Assembly: GCA_963707955.1 (NCBI GenBank)
Contig: OY970176.1
Location: 960,001-1,024,000 of the forward strand
DNA length: 64,000 bases
Reading direction: 5' to 3'
From: Candidatus Bathyarchaeota archaeon
GTDB taxonomy: Archaea > Thermoproteota > Bathyarchaeia > Bathyarchaeales > Bathycorpusculaceae
Below are positions 1-10,144 of this stretch, piece by piece; position 1 is the stretch's first letter, and every line of letters starts with the position of its first letter. Made by a program: the position numbers and the translations under genes. The notes beneath the pieces were generated by a model. It did no database searches. It was not told the origin of the DNA and worked only from the letters and a program-made list of their open reading frames with translations.

Positions 1-233
1 AGACGGAGGATCACCCGGTAGAATATGCCAACTTTGAGGGAACGATACCTGAGGGACAGTACGGAGCTGGGACGGTAAGGATATGGGACAAGGGAACCTT
101 CGATGTGAAACTCTGGAAAGAGGACATGGTAGAGTTCACGTTGAAGGGAGACAGACTTCACGGAAGGTACGTTCTGACAAAGTTCAAGAAAGCAGGAGAC
201 AATGATTGGCTTCTGCTGAAGGCGAGAGACTGA
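1..233 (+). CDS. LigD-type 3'-phosphoesterase (PE) domain protein, 3' part (truncated by window edge)
   Basis: Manual translation from nt 3: TEDHPVEYANFEGTIPEGQYGAGTVRIWDKG...GRYVL...WLLLK; DHP and YGAG.V.IWD.G are the LigD PE signatures; TGA at 231-233. Confidence 0.85.
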   Translation, partial: TEDHPVEYANFEGTIPEGQYGAGTVRIWDKGTFDVKLWKEDMVEFTLKGDRLHGRYVLTKFKKAGDNDWLLLKARD

Positions 234-234
234 C

Positions 235-1005
235 ATGAACATCGTTCACGTTGGAACCATGGGATGGAGCTACGGCTTCTGGGTTGGAGACTTCTACCCC
301 AGAGGCCTCAGGCCGAGCGAGTTTTTGGCCGAGTACTCGAAGCATTTTGGAACGGTGGAAGTGAACAACACGTTCTACAGAGTTCCCAGCGAAAGCACTT
401 TGTTGAAATGGAGGGAACAGACGCCCAAGGATTTTCTGTTCTCAGCGAAGTTCCCCCAAGTCATAACGCATAGGAAGATGCTGAAAGACTGTGAGCCTGA
501 AACGCAGTTTTTCATCGAAAGAATCTCCGTGCTGCAAGAGAAGGTTGGGCCCCTGCTCATGCAGTTTCCACCTTTGTTTGGACCGAAAGAAGCCGCTCTT
601 CTGGGAAATTTTCTAACTAGGCTACCGAGGAAATTCAGGTACGCCGTGGAAGTGAGAAACAAGAAATTGCTTGGCGACAAGCTCTACTCTCTTCTCAAAG
701 AGAACGGAGTGGCACTCGCCATCAATCCTCTCATGCCGGAGACAGAGCAGATCACAGCTGACTTTGCGTACATAAGATGGGAAGGAGACAGGAGAAAAGT
801 GAACGGCACACTCGGAAAGGCAGAGGTCGACAGGACGGACGACATCAAAAAGTGGGCGGCGAAGATCAGCAAATTCCTCGTCGAAACAGAGGAAGTGTTC
901 GGATATTTCAGTAAATACTACTCGGGTCATCCTCCTACAGACGCAAGGCAACTCGTCGAATCGCTCGGTTTTGGTTTAGATAATTCTCGTGTGCACACAA
1001 ACTAG
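235..1005 (+). CDS. DUF72 (YecE-like) protein
   Basis: VGTMGWSY, VEVNNTFYR, LLMQFPP, AVEVR, YIRW motifs. Confidence 0.9.
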   Translation: MNIVHVGTMGWSYGFWVGDFYPRGLRPSEFLAEYSKHFGTVEVNNTFYRVPSESTLLKWREQTPKDFLFSAKFPQVITHRKMLKDCEPETQFFIERISVLQEKVGPLLMQFPPLFGPKEAALLGNFLTRLPRKFRYAVEVRNKKLLGDKLYSLLKENGVALAINPLMPETEQITADFAYIRWEGDRRKVNGTLGKAEVDRTDDIKKWAAKISKFLVETEEVFGYFSKYYSGHPPTDARQLVESLGFGLDNSRVHTN

Positions 1006-1075
1006 AAGTGTTATGATTCTGGCGTGCACGCTTGCTGTCTCCTTGTGCGTTTGGGTTCGCGCGCGCCAACTTCTT

Positions 1076-1282
1076 TTATTGTTTTCTTTGCCTTCCAACC
1101 GTTCTCAAGATTAGGTTAGCGACTAATGCCACTAATACATCAGCTATGATCCATTCTCCAAAGGAAAAAACACCTAAAATCCCTAGAATCATAAACAGCA
1201 GCAAAAACGCTATAGCGATTGCGCCAACAGCGAACTTTGTCTTGCGCACTCCACGAGATCCAGAACCGCTTAATGTACTCAC
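1076..1282 (-). CDS. small two-TM membrane protein
   Basis: 68-aa ORF with two hydrophobic segments and a basic tail. Confidence 0.6.
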   Translation of the reverse strand: MSTLSGSGSRGVRKTKFAVGAIAIAFLLLFMILGILGVFSFGEWIIADVLVALVANLILRTVGRQRKQ

Positions 1283-1482
1283 ATGAATTACCCTTTTTCG
1301 CCATACGATTAATAGCCTATAATCATTCTTTTCATAGAGGAATGCCCTTAAGCTTTAGCGTTTTGAGTTTGGGGATAAAACTTTACCCCCAACCCAACCC
1401 AAATGAACGAAGGACACAGAAACCCACGGTCAAGCTCACGTTCTCCTAAAAGTTTATTCGCTGGATTGGCCAGTAGTGTAAG

Positions 1483-1965
1483 GTGAGGGATATGAGAAAG
1501 AAGGCTGTTGTTTTGGTGACTGCCTGCGTCATAATAGCAGTCGCGGCCTTTTTCGCGTTCTACGCGTTCACCCCAACCCCACCGCAGCGGATAACAACGT
1601 TGGATGAAATCACAAGCGACCCTTCCGCGTGGGTGAACAGAACAGTAACAGTTGAAGGTGCCCTTAGCGGTCCATATCCACCTTTATCTGACCCGTTCGA
1701 ACCTTCGGTGAACTTTCTCTTTGAACTCAGTTCTGGCAATCAAACCGTCGGAATATCTTTGAACGCCAACCTGTGGAATGGCGGCGATTTCTGGAAACAA
1801 TGTAACTATGACCATGTGCAGACCTTCTCCGCGATGATTTACGGATTATTCAAAAAAGGTGAAACAAACTTCACGCTCGGTAGTCTTGAAGGAGGACCGC
1901 CAACAATCACAACCTTGGTCTTCTACTACATTGAGGCTCAAAGAATCCTTATAGAAAAAGAGTAG
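1483..1965 (+). CDS. membrane-anchored secreted protein, possible OB-fold
   Basis: N-terminal signal/TM; 'TLDEITSDPSAWVNRTVTVEG' resembles small extracytoplasmic OB-fold proteins; upstream AAAAGTTTATT. Confidence 0.6.
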   Translation: MRDMRKKAVVLVTACVIIAVAAFFAFYAFTPTPPQRITTLDEITSDPSAWVNRTVTVEGALSGPYPPLSDPFEPSVNFLFELSSGNQTVGISLNANLWNGGDFWKQCNYDHVQTFSAMIYGLFKKGETNFTLGSLEGGPPTITTLVFYYIEAQRILIEKE

Positions 1966-2203
1966 CAAGCGCGCTATTTTATTATTCAGTTACTGCAAAA
2001 TGGAGCTCGGCGGAGTTTATCCATCTTTCAAAAAATGGAAAATTAAATTGCTAATCTCTACATATCATTTAGGTATACGTTGCATGTAGCCTTGGCGGTT
2101 TAAATCATTAACCAAAAAAACCTGAGGAAAGCTAGGAACGCTACAATACGTCTAGGCAAAAGCCCAAAAAAAGGGAAACTTCTGTACGGAGTCTTTCTGA
2201 CTC

Positions 2204-3589
2204 TTAGGTATAAGTTGCATTATAGAATTTCAATATCGTTCCAATTGCTAGTTGTACGCCGCTCCAGATAAACCACATCGTAAATGAAGTAGCATTTTGT
2301 GGAATTTGTATCAATCCATGAGCGTCAGCATTTACCCACACACCGTTATTGAAGTTCGCAGCAAAGTATCCAGGTTGACCGAACCAAAGTATCGTACTGT
2401 TGTATGGTGTATATGTAGCTGAAATACCGAAGTTTGCAACTGCCGTATTGACATCCGCCATAGTAATAGCCCTGCTAGTAGTAACATCGTATATGTAACT
2501 CCAGTTAGAGGAGCTGGACTCGGTAGTTCCAAACGCATTCTCCAAAGCAACTATGTCTCCCATATTGATGGCGCCATCCGGATAGTTACTTATTCCATCA
2601 TACGTTCCTGAACCCACTACGTCTCCGTCCAAATCAATTTGTAGACAGGGAAATGTTGAATTCCATGGATATATGTCTTCCACTTTGAAATATGGTTCAA
2701 TTGTTCCATTTGGAACATAGCACCATCCTGAAGAACCTCCATATTCAGCGCATGCCTGCGTCTTCATAATAAAGTCCTGAGTAATGTATCTCCACGTCCA
2801 TGCAATGTAAGCTTCAAAATATGCGCCGTATCCGAGACTGTACGTAGCCGCCACATTGAAGTATCCTTCTGGTCGAGTCATTTCCGTTGTAAACATGTTA
2901 TTCCAACCTTCCCAATTGACATCATCATCTGTTTCATACATGCTCGTGTGGTCAATTAGATGTGTGCCTTGGTAACCAGTGAATGGATGGTATGAGTCAT
3001 TCACTTCAAATTCGCTAATTGCTGCACCACTAGAAAGATTGTATTGTTCGGCACCTACATTAGTAGGTTTACCATTGATATAATATGTCCAATATGAATA
3101 GTCTCCTTGTCGTGACGTTCTTAAAACCTCTAAACTGTAGCTTGTATTGAATGGAACAGGGCCTGTAACATAAGTGATAGGGCTAGTGTTATTCCAATTC
3201 AGCCACGTCTCATAAATTTGAGCATACCCACCAGTAGCGTTGTAAGCCATTCCTATCTCAACATAGTATGTCGCATTCTCTAAAGAGCTGTAGTCAATTA
3301 TTCCAACCCCTGACCAAAAGTCTCCATCCGAGTTAACCACTCTGTATATTGGCCCATATAATTGTTCTGCGTTTTCAACTCCTATGTGAGTGGTGATCGT
3401 AGAACTCCAATTTCCCCATCCATCAGGTAGAAAACCAATATTAGCATATGATGGAGCAAAAGATGAAAATAAAGGACCTGATTGAACCAATGTTAGTGGT
3501 TGAGCATTAGCAGCCTTGGGGAATATTGATATCGTTGTAAGGGCACTAAAGACAAGAGGAACTAGTATTAACAACATTCTAATTTTCAT
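2204..3589 (-). CDS. secreted protein with degenerate dockerin-like repeat pair
   Basis: Start re-set to ATG 3589 behind GGAGGTGA; signal peptide; DGAINMGDIVALENAFG and SRAITMADVNTAVANFG; visibly AT-rich. Confidence 0.7.
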   Translation of the reverse strand: MKIRMLLILVPLVFSALTTISIFPKAANAQPLTLVQSGPLFSSFAPSYANIGFLPDGWGNWSSTITTHIGVENAEQLYGPIYRVVNSDGDFWSGVGIIDYSSLENATYYVEIGMAYNATGGYAQIYETWLNWNNTSPITYVTGPVPFNTSYSLEVLRTSRQGDYSYWTYYINGKPTNVGAEQYNLSSGAAISEFEVNDSYHPFTGYQGTHLIDHTSMYETDDDVNWEGWNNMFTTEMTRPEGYFNVAATYSLGYGAYFEAYIAWTWRYITQDFIMKTQACAEYGGSSGWCYVPNGTIEPYFKVEDIYPWNSTFPCLQIDLDGDVVGSGTYDGISNYPDGAINMGDIVALENAFGTTESSSSNWSYIYDVTTSRAITMADVNTAVANFGISATYTPYNSTILWFGQPGYFAANFNNGVWVNADAHGLIQIPQNATSFTMWFIWSGVQLAIGTILKFYNATYT

Positions 3590-3652
3590 TTCCTCACCTC
3601 CTTTTAAACATTTAGAGATTTTCTGTTTGGAGTTTGGCACATAAATGGGGCA

Positions 3653-3779
3653 GGAAATGTTTCCGAAAAATAGAGATGAGTTAAAATGAAGGCGTCAATG
3701 GGATCATTTTAACTTGACTCTCTATTCGTCCGCTGGTAAGTTTCATGGCAGATCTTATAAAGCGAGAAACGTTTCCGCT
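3653..3779. promoter_or_regulatory. two palindromic operator-like boxes, GGAAATGTTTCC (3653-3664) and GAAACGTTTCC (3766-3776), with TATA CTTATAA at 3754
   Basis: Read directly between the divergent secreted-protein and wHTH genes. Confidence 0.5.
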
Positions 3780-3798
3780 GTTAGTGAGGTTTTGAAAC

Positions 3799-4089
3799 AT
3801 GAAGCTTGAGCAGATAATCGCCTCTTCGTGCAGACAGAGGATGCTGCTCGCACTTGCCAAAGTTAGAAGAACACACGTGACCGAGCTGGTGCGAATGATC
3901 AATAGCACGTACAACGAGGTGAATCGGAACCTCGCGATCCTGGAGAAAGAGAAAATCATAAAGACGGAAAGGTTAGAGTACTTGAGAATCGTGGAATTGA
4001 ACGTAGAAAACCCGAAGACACTGGCACTCTTAAAGGCCCTTGAACTGCTCGACAGGCCGATTTTCAAGTCTGAAAACGCCAACGAGTAG
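3799..4089 (+). CDS. winged helix-turn-helix (ArsR-like) transcriptional regulator
   Basis: RQRMLLALAK...VTELVRMINSTYNEVNRNLAILEKEKII pattern. Confidence 0.75.
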   Translation: MKLEQIIASSCRQRMLLALAKVRRTHVTELVRMINSTYNEVNRNLAILEKEKIIKTERLEYLRIVELNVENPKTLALLKALELLDRPIFKSENANE

Positions 4090-4117
4090 CGCGCGCGGGT
4101 CTGTTCCGGTTGTGAAT

Positions 4118-5365
4118 TCATACATTAATGTTTATGGTGTATATGCACGCAACCCAGATGCCGCTTGGATGCGGCATCGTGGGGGAAATTATTACGCTAG
4201 AAGTGTCGGCTTCTAAGCGTCTTGGTGTTGTTACTTGGTATTCTCCGTCCAATCTTACCGTTACCGTCGTTTCGTTGAGAACGATGTGAAAGGTGTTCCA
4301 TTGGAATGGTGTCAACTGTGTTCTAACGGACGACACGTACCTTAGGTACTGGCCGTCTATTTTTTGCGATAATTCCAGAACTCCGTCGGTATGAAAAACG
4401 ACGTAGTAGTAGTTGCTTTCGTTCGTGTAATCGAAGACTATCCACGGTACATCCCAACTATACGTTCCTGCTATGATGGTTCTGATGTGCACGTCGAAGC
4501 TGAAGTCCCTGGAGGCGACAGCCATTTGTGTGCTAATTCTTCCTGTTTGAAACATGACCAGTATTAAGAGCAGCGCCACGCCTACGACTATCACTTCTTT
4601 CTTTCTGATTAAATGAAACGAATCCACACGTTTCTCACTGCGGGCTTTCAACAAGGGTCTCGCAATGTAGAGATCGATTGCTAACGCAGGTATTATCCAG
4701 AAAGGAATGAATATTTTATTTATCTGAATTGGGAACTCAAATAAGTAGTTCAACACGAACGACCCCATGAGTGATGCAACGAAAATCAAGAAAATAATCG
4801 TGGTCAACGATTTCTTAATCCCTAAAAATGATGAAACACTTTTTCCAGAATCGTTCCTTTTCCCAAGTCCAGCGAGAAGCTCTCCAGCAAAAGAGAAGAG
4901 GACAATGGCTAGTATGGCTAACAGTGCCGTCGCATTGAAGAGTCTCAGCGAACCGTATCCTAAAATGAAAATTAACACATACCTTGTTACGTGATGCATG
5001 GCATCAAAGGGGGCTTTCCCACTGCAAATGGGATAGATGGAGTAAACTATCAGAATCAAAACCCCAATGACTATTTCAAAAGGTGTAAGTACTATGAGAA
5101 GAGGAATCAACGATCCTAAAGCTATCGTTGAGTAGACTCTTCTTTTCTTTGAAGCATCCCTGTTTTCTGCGAACATCATTGAAAAAAGTTTCGACACCAC
5201 GACAAATACGAATACGAGAGGGCTTATCGCGAGTCTTGTCGAAATCAGGTATCCAAAGAGCACGGTCCAAAACACGTGTACGATTGATGACATGTAGGAG
5301 GAGAGCATCGTCCAAGGACTGAGTGAACGTGGTATGTCCACCTGGGATCTCTCCTCGCTTTTCAT
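4118..5365 (-). CDS. multi-TM protein (UbiA-like membrane region) with C-terminal beta-sandwich domain
   Basis: About 9 TM segments, YSIYP...KAPFD..HH; soluble tail with NYYYVVF, WNTFHIVL, TVRLDG. Confidence 0.55.
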   Translation of the reverse strand: MKSEERSQVDIPRSLSPWTMLSSYMSSIVHVFWTVLFGYLISTRLAISPLVFVFVVVSKLFSMMFAENRDASKKRRVYSTIALGSLIPLLIVLTPFEIVIGVLILIVYSIYPICSGKAPFDAMHHVTRYVLIFILGYGSLRLFNATALLAILAIVLFSFAGELLAGLGKRNDSGKSVSSFLGIKKSLTTIIFLIFVASLMGSFVLNYLFEFPIQINKIFIPFWIIPALAIDLYIARPLLKARSEKRVDSFHLIRKKEVIVVGVALLLILVMFQTGRISTQMAVASRDFSFDVHIRTIIAGTYSWDVPWIVFDYTNESNYYYVVFHTDGVLELSQKIDGQYLRYVSSVRTQLTPFQWNTFHIVLNETTVTVRLDGEYQVTTPRRLEADTSSVIISPTMPHPSGIWVACIYTININV

Positions 5366-5489
5366 CGTTTCACCTCACTCACTGCGGCTTTAGGAAGTTC
5401 TTCCATTCCTATTTTCCCTTGACAAACTATTGAATGTGACGCACGAACAGCATTTAACCTTGTCTAGAATACGCGCGCGTAAGGACTGA

Positions 5490-5942
5490 TTAGAACCGCT
5501 TTGGTTTTTCTCTGGTGTAGATTTCTATCACGTAGTTATCCGGGTCAGAGAATGACACAGCATAGTATCCTGGCTCGAATTCAGGATGCTCTTCGCATGG
5601 GAACAGGGCTTTGAACCCTTTCTTCTTCATCTCTTTCTCGACATCATAAACAGCTTCCTTGTCCTGAACGAGGATCGCCAAATGATCGGTCACGACGAAC
5701 TCTTCCCCAGTCGGAGCCTTTCGCCTAACCCTTGGTTCCCGCAACGCACTCACCCAAACCGAGAAATTCTGGTTAGAGAATCCAAACCCATCTTCAGTGT
5801 CCATGATAACCTTGAAGCCTAGCCCTGCCAGCAGAGCCTTGTAAAACTTCTTCGAACTGCCCAGGTTCGACACTTCGATTCCAACATGACCAACAACCGC
5901 TTGAGTTTGCTTATCTGAAGCCACAGCGTCACCCCACGACAC
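5490..5942 (-). CDS. VOC/glyoxalase family protein
   Basis: HVGIEVSNL..SKKFY...LG and FSDPDNYVIEI. Confidence 0.9.
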   Translation of the reverse strand: MSWGDAVASDKQTQAVVGHVGIEVSNLGSSKKFYKALLAGLGFKVIMDTEDGFGFSNQNFSVWVSALREPRVRRKAPTGEEFVVTDHLAILVQDKEAVYDVEKEMKKKGFKALFPCEEHPEFEPGYYAVSFSDPDNYVIEIYTREKPKRF

Positions 5943-6036
5943 TCATCGATGCGCCTTCTAGACATAAATAACTTTCACGCCGATGAAGCTCCTATCTGAC
6001 TATTGCATCAAGCGTGCGACTCAAGCAGCATTGAAT

Positions 6037-6978
6037 TCAGGATCTCGGTCGGTCTCTAAGTTGTAGATATGTGTCGAAGAATTCTTCGCTTCCTTGTCGT
6101 ACGAGCTTTCTAAGCGTTTCTCTACCGAGGCGGCTCTCGATCTCTTGAGCCATATGGCAGCCTGTGACGTACCAAAGCCGCGTTTCTTTTCCACTCATTT
6201 CCTCGAAGATTTGAAAGCGAGAATCGTTAACCCCGTTCAAATCGCTTTCAAGCTCATCAAGCAGCCTGAAGTAATGGCTAACTCTTTTTGCTCTCTCCGC
6301 ATTATTCAAGAGAACCCGGTAGTCGTTGTCGAGCAAGCCGCCCTCCCGAATTCTCAGCCTCAAGGCGCTGACGACACCCATTCCTTCAAGATGCGTCAGA
6401 AATTTGACAACGCTCAACAGTTCTGCATTCGTTCTCACTTTCCAAAGCTCCGGCAGCCGATGGTACCTCAAGTAACCGGCATGAGCAAGCTCGTGTATTA
6501 AGTAATAAATCGCTTCACGCTTATCCAAACTGAACTGTCTAAAGTTCAGGTTTAGGGCAACGTTCTCGCCAAAAACGATGTTGTCGTACCCCATGTTGAG
6601 ATAGACGGTCGTGTTGAAAAAATGGCTTCTCGGAAGATACCTCAGAACTTCGCTAAGCCATTTCGTTTCTTCCTGGTTCAGCAGGTGCTCTTTGACAGCG
6701 TTAATATCGGATTCAAGCTCTGCATTCCAAGAGACTTTCGACAGTTGTGCCGACCAAAACTCCTCAATAGTCACTTCAGTGTCAAAGGAAGACCACGAGT
6801 GATGAGCGTACGCAAGCCTGTTTCTAGGCTTAGAAGCAAGCATTCTGAGGTTTTCGCCAGTTGGCTTTCGCAGATAATTGAAAGAAGCCTCTAAACCTGA
6901 ATCGTCGAACGTTACGACCTGCTTCTTGTCTGAAGTGTCAATTGAGTTCAACGGTGTTTCCTGATATTGAATTATCAT
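6037..6978 (-). CDS. putative Zn-dependent protease (HExxH)
   Basis: IHELAH plus downstream LEGMG. Confidence 0.65.
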   Translation of the reverse strand: MIIQYQETPLNSIDTSDKKQVVTFDDSGLEASFNYLRKPTGENLRMLASKPRNRLAYAHHSWSSFDTEVTIEEFWSAQLSKVSWNAELESDINAVKEHLLNQEETKWLSEVLRYLPRSHFFNTTVYLNMGYDNIVFGENVALNLNFRQFSLDKREAIYYLIHELAHAGYLRYHRLPELWKVRTNAELLSVVKFLTHLEGMGVVSALRLRIREGGLLDNDYRVLLNNAERAKRVSHYFRLLDELESDLNGVNDSRFQIFEEMSGKETRLWYVTGCHMAQEIESRLGRETLRKLVRQGSEEFFDTYLQLRDRPRS

Positions 6979-7395
6979 TTTTCAACTTTATCAGTGTACT
7001 GTCGTGAAGCAAACCATATCGCCCACGTTCACACGCGAGCTTTTCCTATTCACGGGGTCTGATCGGTAAAAAGTCTTAAAACTTTGACTGTCCAATATTA
7101 AGAATGACAAGTGTTGCATAGTGGAGATTTGTGTATGCCTTCATTGAAAAAGAAGAATGTTCAAAAAAAGAAAAAACACGCAGACAAGATTGGCAAATAG
7201 TGGATTTCACGTTTGCTTCCTATCCTAGTCTTCGTCGTTCATATGCTATGTCGTTGACGAGGGTTACCTATTCAGAAAAAGAGTCGTTCAGGCGTCAACG
7301 GCAAATCGCTGTCTGCGAGATTCTCCTTTTCAGATTCCGCCGCACAGGATATATCAAAGACAAGACAACTGTTTGACTAATCCGCACGAATTACT

Positions 7396-7767
7396 ATGGG
7401 GGCTGGGTGCATGGAGACCTTAACGATGATTATTAGCAGTTCTCCTTACGGAGACGAAAGAATCTGGAACGCCCTGAGGCTGGCGGAAGCGTTGTGTTGC
7501 ATCGGTGCAAAAATGAAGATCAACATTTTCCTGATCGGCGACGCCGTAAACGCTGCTAAAAAGGGACAGAAACCCCCTAAAGGCTTCTATAACATCGAGA
7601 AAATGCTCACGGACCTTGTCAAGGCAGGCGTGAACGCCCGCGTTTGCCACACAAGCATGAACTTGAGGGGGTTAACGCAGCAAGACTTGGTCAAAGGAAC
7701 AAAAATGGGCACAATCACAGAGCTGTCCAAGTGGATACAGCAATCACAAAAAGTCATATCCTTCTAG
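7396..7767 (+). CDS. DsrE/TusD-like family protein
   Basis: SPYG.E..WNALRLA, FLIGDAV..AKKGQ, C.T....RG. Confidence 0.85.
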   Translation: MGAGCMETLTMIISSSPYGDERIWNALRLAEALCCIGAKMKINIFLIGDAVNAAKKGQKPPKGFYNIEKMLTDLVKAGVNARVCHTSMNLRGLTQQDLVKGTKMGTITELSKWIQQSQKVISF

Positions 7768-8089
7768 GTTACTAGTCTGGCCCGTGGTTTTGGGGCCCAG
7801 TTCTTTCCTAGACAAATGTGGACACCCAATGAACGAAGAAACCTAGTTTCGCCTTTCTGGCCTAACCAAAAAGAGGAAGTCAAATTAGCCTAGGAAGAAT
7901 GATAGAAGACTGCTCTGATTAGAAGTGATTGAGTTAGGTTTTTATCACTGAATGTTAAATGTGATCTTGACGCTCCTCAGGGGGGCGGTTTAGATGAAAT
8001 CCTCCTAGCACGCGACTTTGCTTGAAACCTGCGAGAACCTTAGGAAACATCATTTTGAGAATTATGAGACTTGATGGAGGTGAGGTTTA

Positions 8090-8446
8090 ATGAAGATTCG
8101 AGCTATGAGGGTTGAAGACGTCGAGACAGTCGCAAGAATGGATTCTCTCGACCATAACCGCGACGCGGAGAAGGGTTACATGGAGGCGAAAGAGCACACT
8201 CTGGACCATTTAGAAATCGTACCGGAGCATTGTTACGTTGTCGAAGAAGACAGAGGCAGCGTTATAGCAGCAATGGTTCTGCATCCACGGAAAGAAGTCT
8301 TCGAAATCGAAGATTTTCATGTGAAAGATATTCAAAAGAACAAAGACGCCTTAGCATTGCTCAAGAAAAAATTGGCAGAGTACCTTGAGAGAGTTGAAAC
8401 AGAGATTCTGTGCTGCCCATACGCCATCAGAAGACTCATAGAATAA
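8090..8446 (+). CDS. GNAT-like acetyltransferase fold protein
   Basis: MKIRAMRVED start, CYVVEE...VIA, IEDFHV; SD GGAGGTGA. Confidence 0.55.
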   Translation: MKIRAMRVEDVETVARMDSLDHNRDAEKGYMEAKEHTLDHLEIVPEHCYVVEEDRGSVIAAMVLHPRKEVFEIEDFHVKDIQKNKDALALLKKKLAEYLERVETEILCCPYAIRRLIE

Positions 8447-8853
8447 GCACAGCCAATGCTGAAACGAGAAAATATTCACCCCTTCATTTTCTTTCTGGTG
8501 CGAGCCTTGCAGGAACGCAAAACAGCTAAACTTCGTATTTTTCATCCGTTATTGTCAAAATTGAGTTCTTTCCCTCTTCTCTGACAATGCTCCAGATCAG
8601 CCCATAAGCTCATTTTCTAACGAAAACTGATTTTCGGAGAGTTCCTTCTGACTTGAACTTTGTCTCTATGTTTTCTATTGCTGAAAGTTCGGAGCAAGAT
8701 CTTTTGTCCTCCATCCGGCTGCGACGATGTGGAGTTCGCCCAAACAAGGAGCACGATCAGAACGCAAGGCACGAAATGCTGGCGAGACACCTGCTCAGAC
8801 TGCGAGAAATCTTATAAGACGGTAGCAAAGAAGTTGAAGGAGCAGGGAAACAA

Positions 8854-9348
8854 ATGAAACTGAACTATGTTGGCATCGTTGGTGCAATATTAGCTTTTGT
8901 CAGCATCGCACTGCCATGGTGGACAGAGTCTGTGTTTGGGTTCAACTACGACCTGAAGTTGTTTGACCAAGGAACTTTTTCAACATTCAACTACTGGTAT
9001 GGCTGGCTGGCTCTCCTGCTTGTCGTCATAGGCGGAATATTAGGATTAGCGGGCAGCGTAATGTCAAACGGAAAGAAGATAGTAATGGGGGGCGGCATAC
9101 TCGCATTGATTGCAATAATAATCTTTCCAATAGGCTTACAAACAGACCTAATGCGTTTGAACGCTCCATTCGGCATATTCTTCAACGGCACCATATCCAG
9201 CATCAGCGTTTCAACGTATCTTTCCTATGGCTTCTGGTTGGCACTCGTTGCGGCAATCATCATGCTCGTAGCCATGCGTTATCCGAAACCCACCGCTCAG
9301 GCACCATCCCCGCCACCATCCCAGCCACCGCCAACCACGGGAACGTAG
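8854..9348 (+). CDS. four-TM membrane protein with Pro-rich tail
   Basis: LPWW...YGFWLAL pattern, hydrophobic segments. Confidence 0.75.
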   Translation: MKLNYVGIVGAILAFVSIALPWWTESVFGFNYDLKLFDQGTFSTFNYWYGWLALLLVVIGGILGLAGSVMSNGKKIVMGGGILALIAIIIFPIGLQTDLMRLNAPFGIFFNGTISSISVSTYLSYGFWLALVAAIIMLVAMRYPKPTAQAPSPPPSQPPPTTGT

Positions 9349-9787
9349 GAATTCGCAGACATGAACTGACTCGTCGCAACTAATCAATCCCACTTTTTTC
9401 ATGCACTTACACGAAGAGGACACGCTGAACGTGGGTTTGTTCATTGGAAAGTTTTATCCCAAACCTAATCTCGCGTTATTTGTTCAACCAGATGAGCTTG
9501 CAAGAGCACAGCTGAGCTTCTAACACTCGAATCAGCCCGCTGATTCATAACGCGGACGAACATCAACTTCGCTCACTATTTTTCTTGCCCGGGGAAATTC
9601 CACGATTCTAGGCTTCTATTGCATTGTCTCTCATTCCATAGGAACCATGCTAATAGCGCAACTTCTTCACAAATCAGCGTTTGAATCTATCGAATTTTTC
9701 CACAAGTTCTTCAAAATTCAATCTCCTTTGAAACGTATTCGTTCAGGCCTCCGATCAATCAGCGTGAGGAAGAAAGGGTGAGAGTGG

Positions 9788-9971
9788 AGCGCATTGAAAA
9801 GTTACTACCCTTGCCGCGACTCTCTGCCGAGCGCTCTGCACCCGGTCGGCCTTGAGACTGCGCTTAGCCACTAGGCCCTTCACCAAGGCTCACGTGCAGT
9901 ACTAGTACCCTAGGGGGGAGGGGGAGGGTGGAATAGACGGGGTAAAACGCGAATACAGGGATGTAGCGTAT
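9788..9971 (+). repeat. ~184-bp dispersed structured element, copy A
   Basis: Aligns end to end with the reverse complement of 22330-22513. Confidence 0.9.
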
Positions 9972-10105
9972 GTTCCGATTCTCGCTATCATGAGTTATGA
10001 ATAATGCTTGTTCAAGGAAAGAGGAACAGAAAGGGATTAATGCACGCTTGAACAAGTGTTGTGCGGTGTCTGAAGTGAGGAATAGCGTTCTCTGTTCATA
10101 AGAAC

Positions 10106-10118
10106 AAAACCTTTAATA
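10106..10118 (+). promoter_or_regulatory. BRE/TATA promoter of leuS (near-leaderless)
   Basis: AAAACCTTTAATA about 27 nt before ATG 10145. Confidence 0.6.
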
Positions 10119-10144
10119 CTGAACATCCCAACTCAGACAGTTTC

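Noticed and set aside
7971-8050. Hairpins upstream of the GNAT gene as a riboswitch
   Set aside because: No TPP, fluoride or other recognisable consensus; stems are short and G-U rich.
9794-9874. Peptide encoded by the 184-bp repeat (TTG AAA AGT...)
   Set aside because: A 1-nt indel puts the two copies in different frames.
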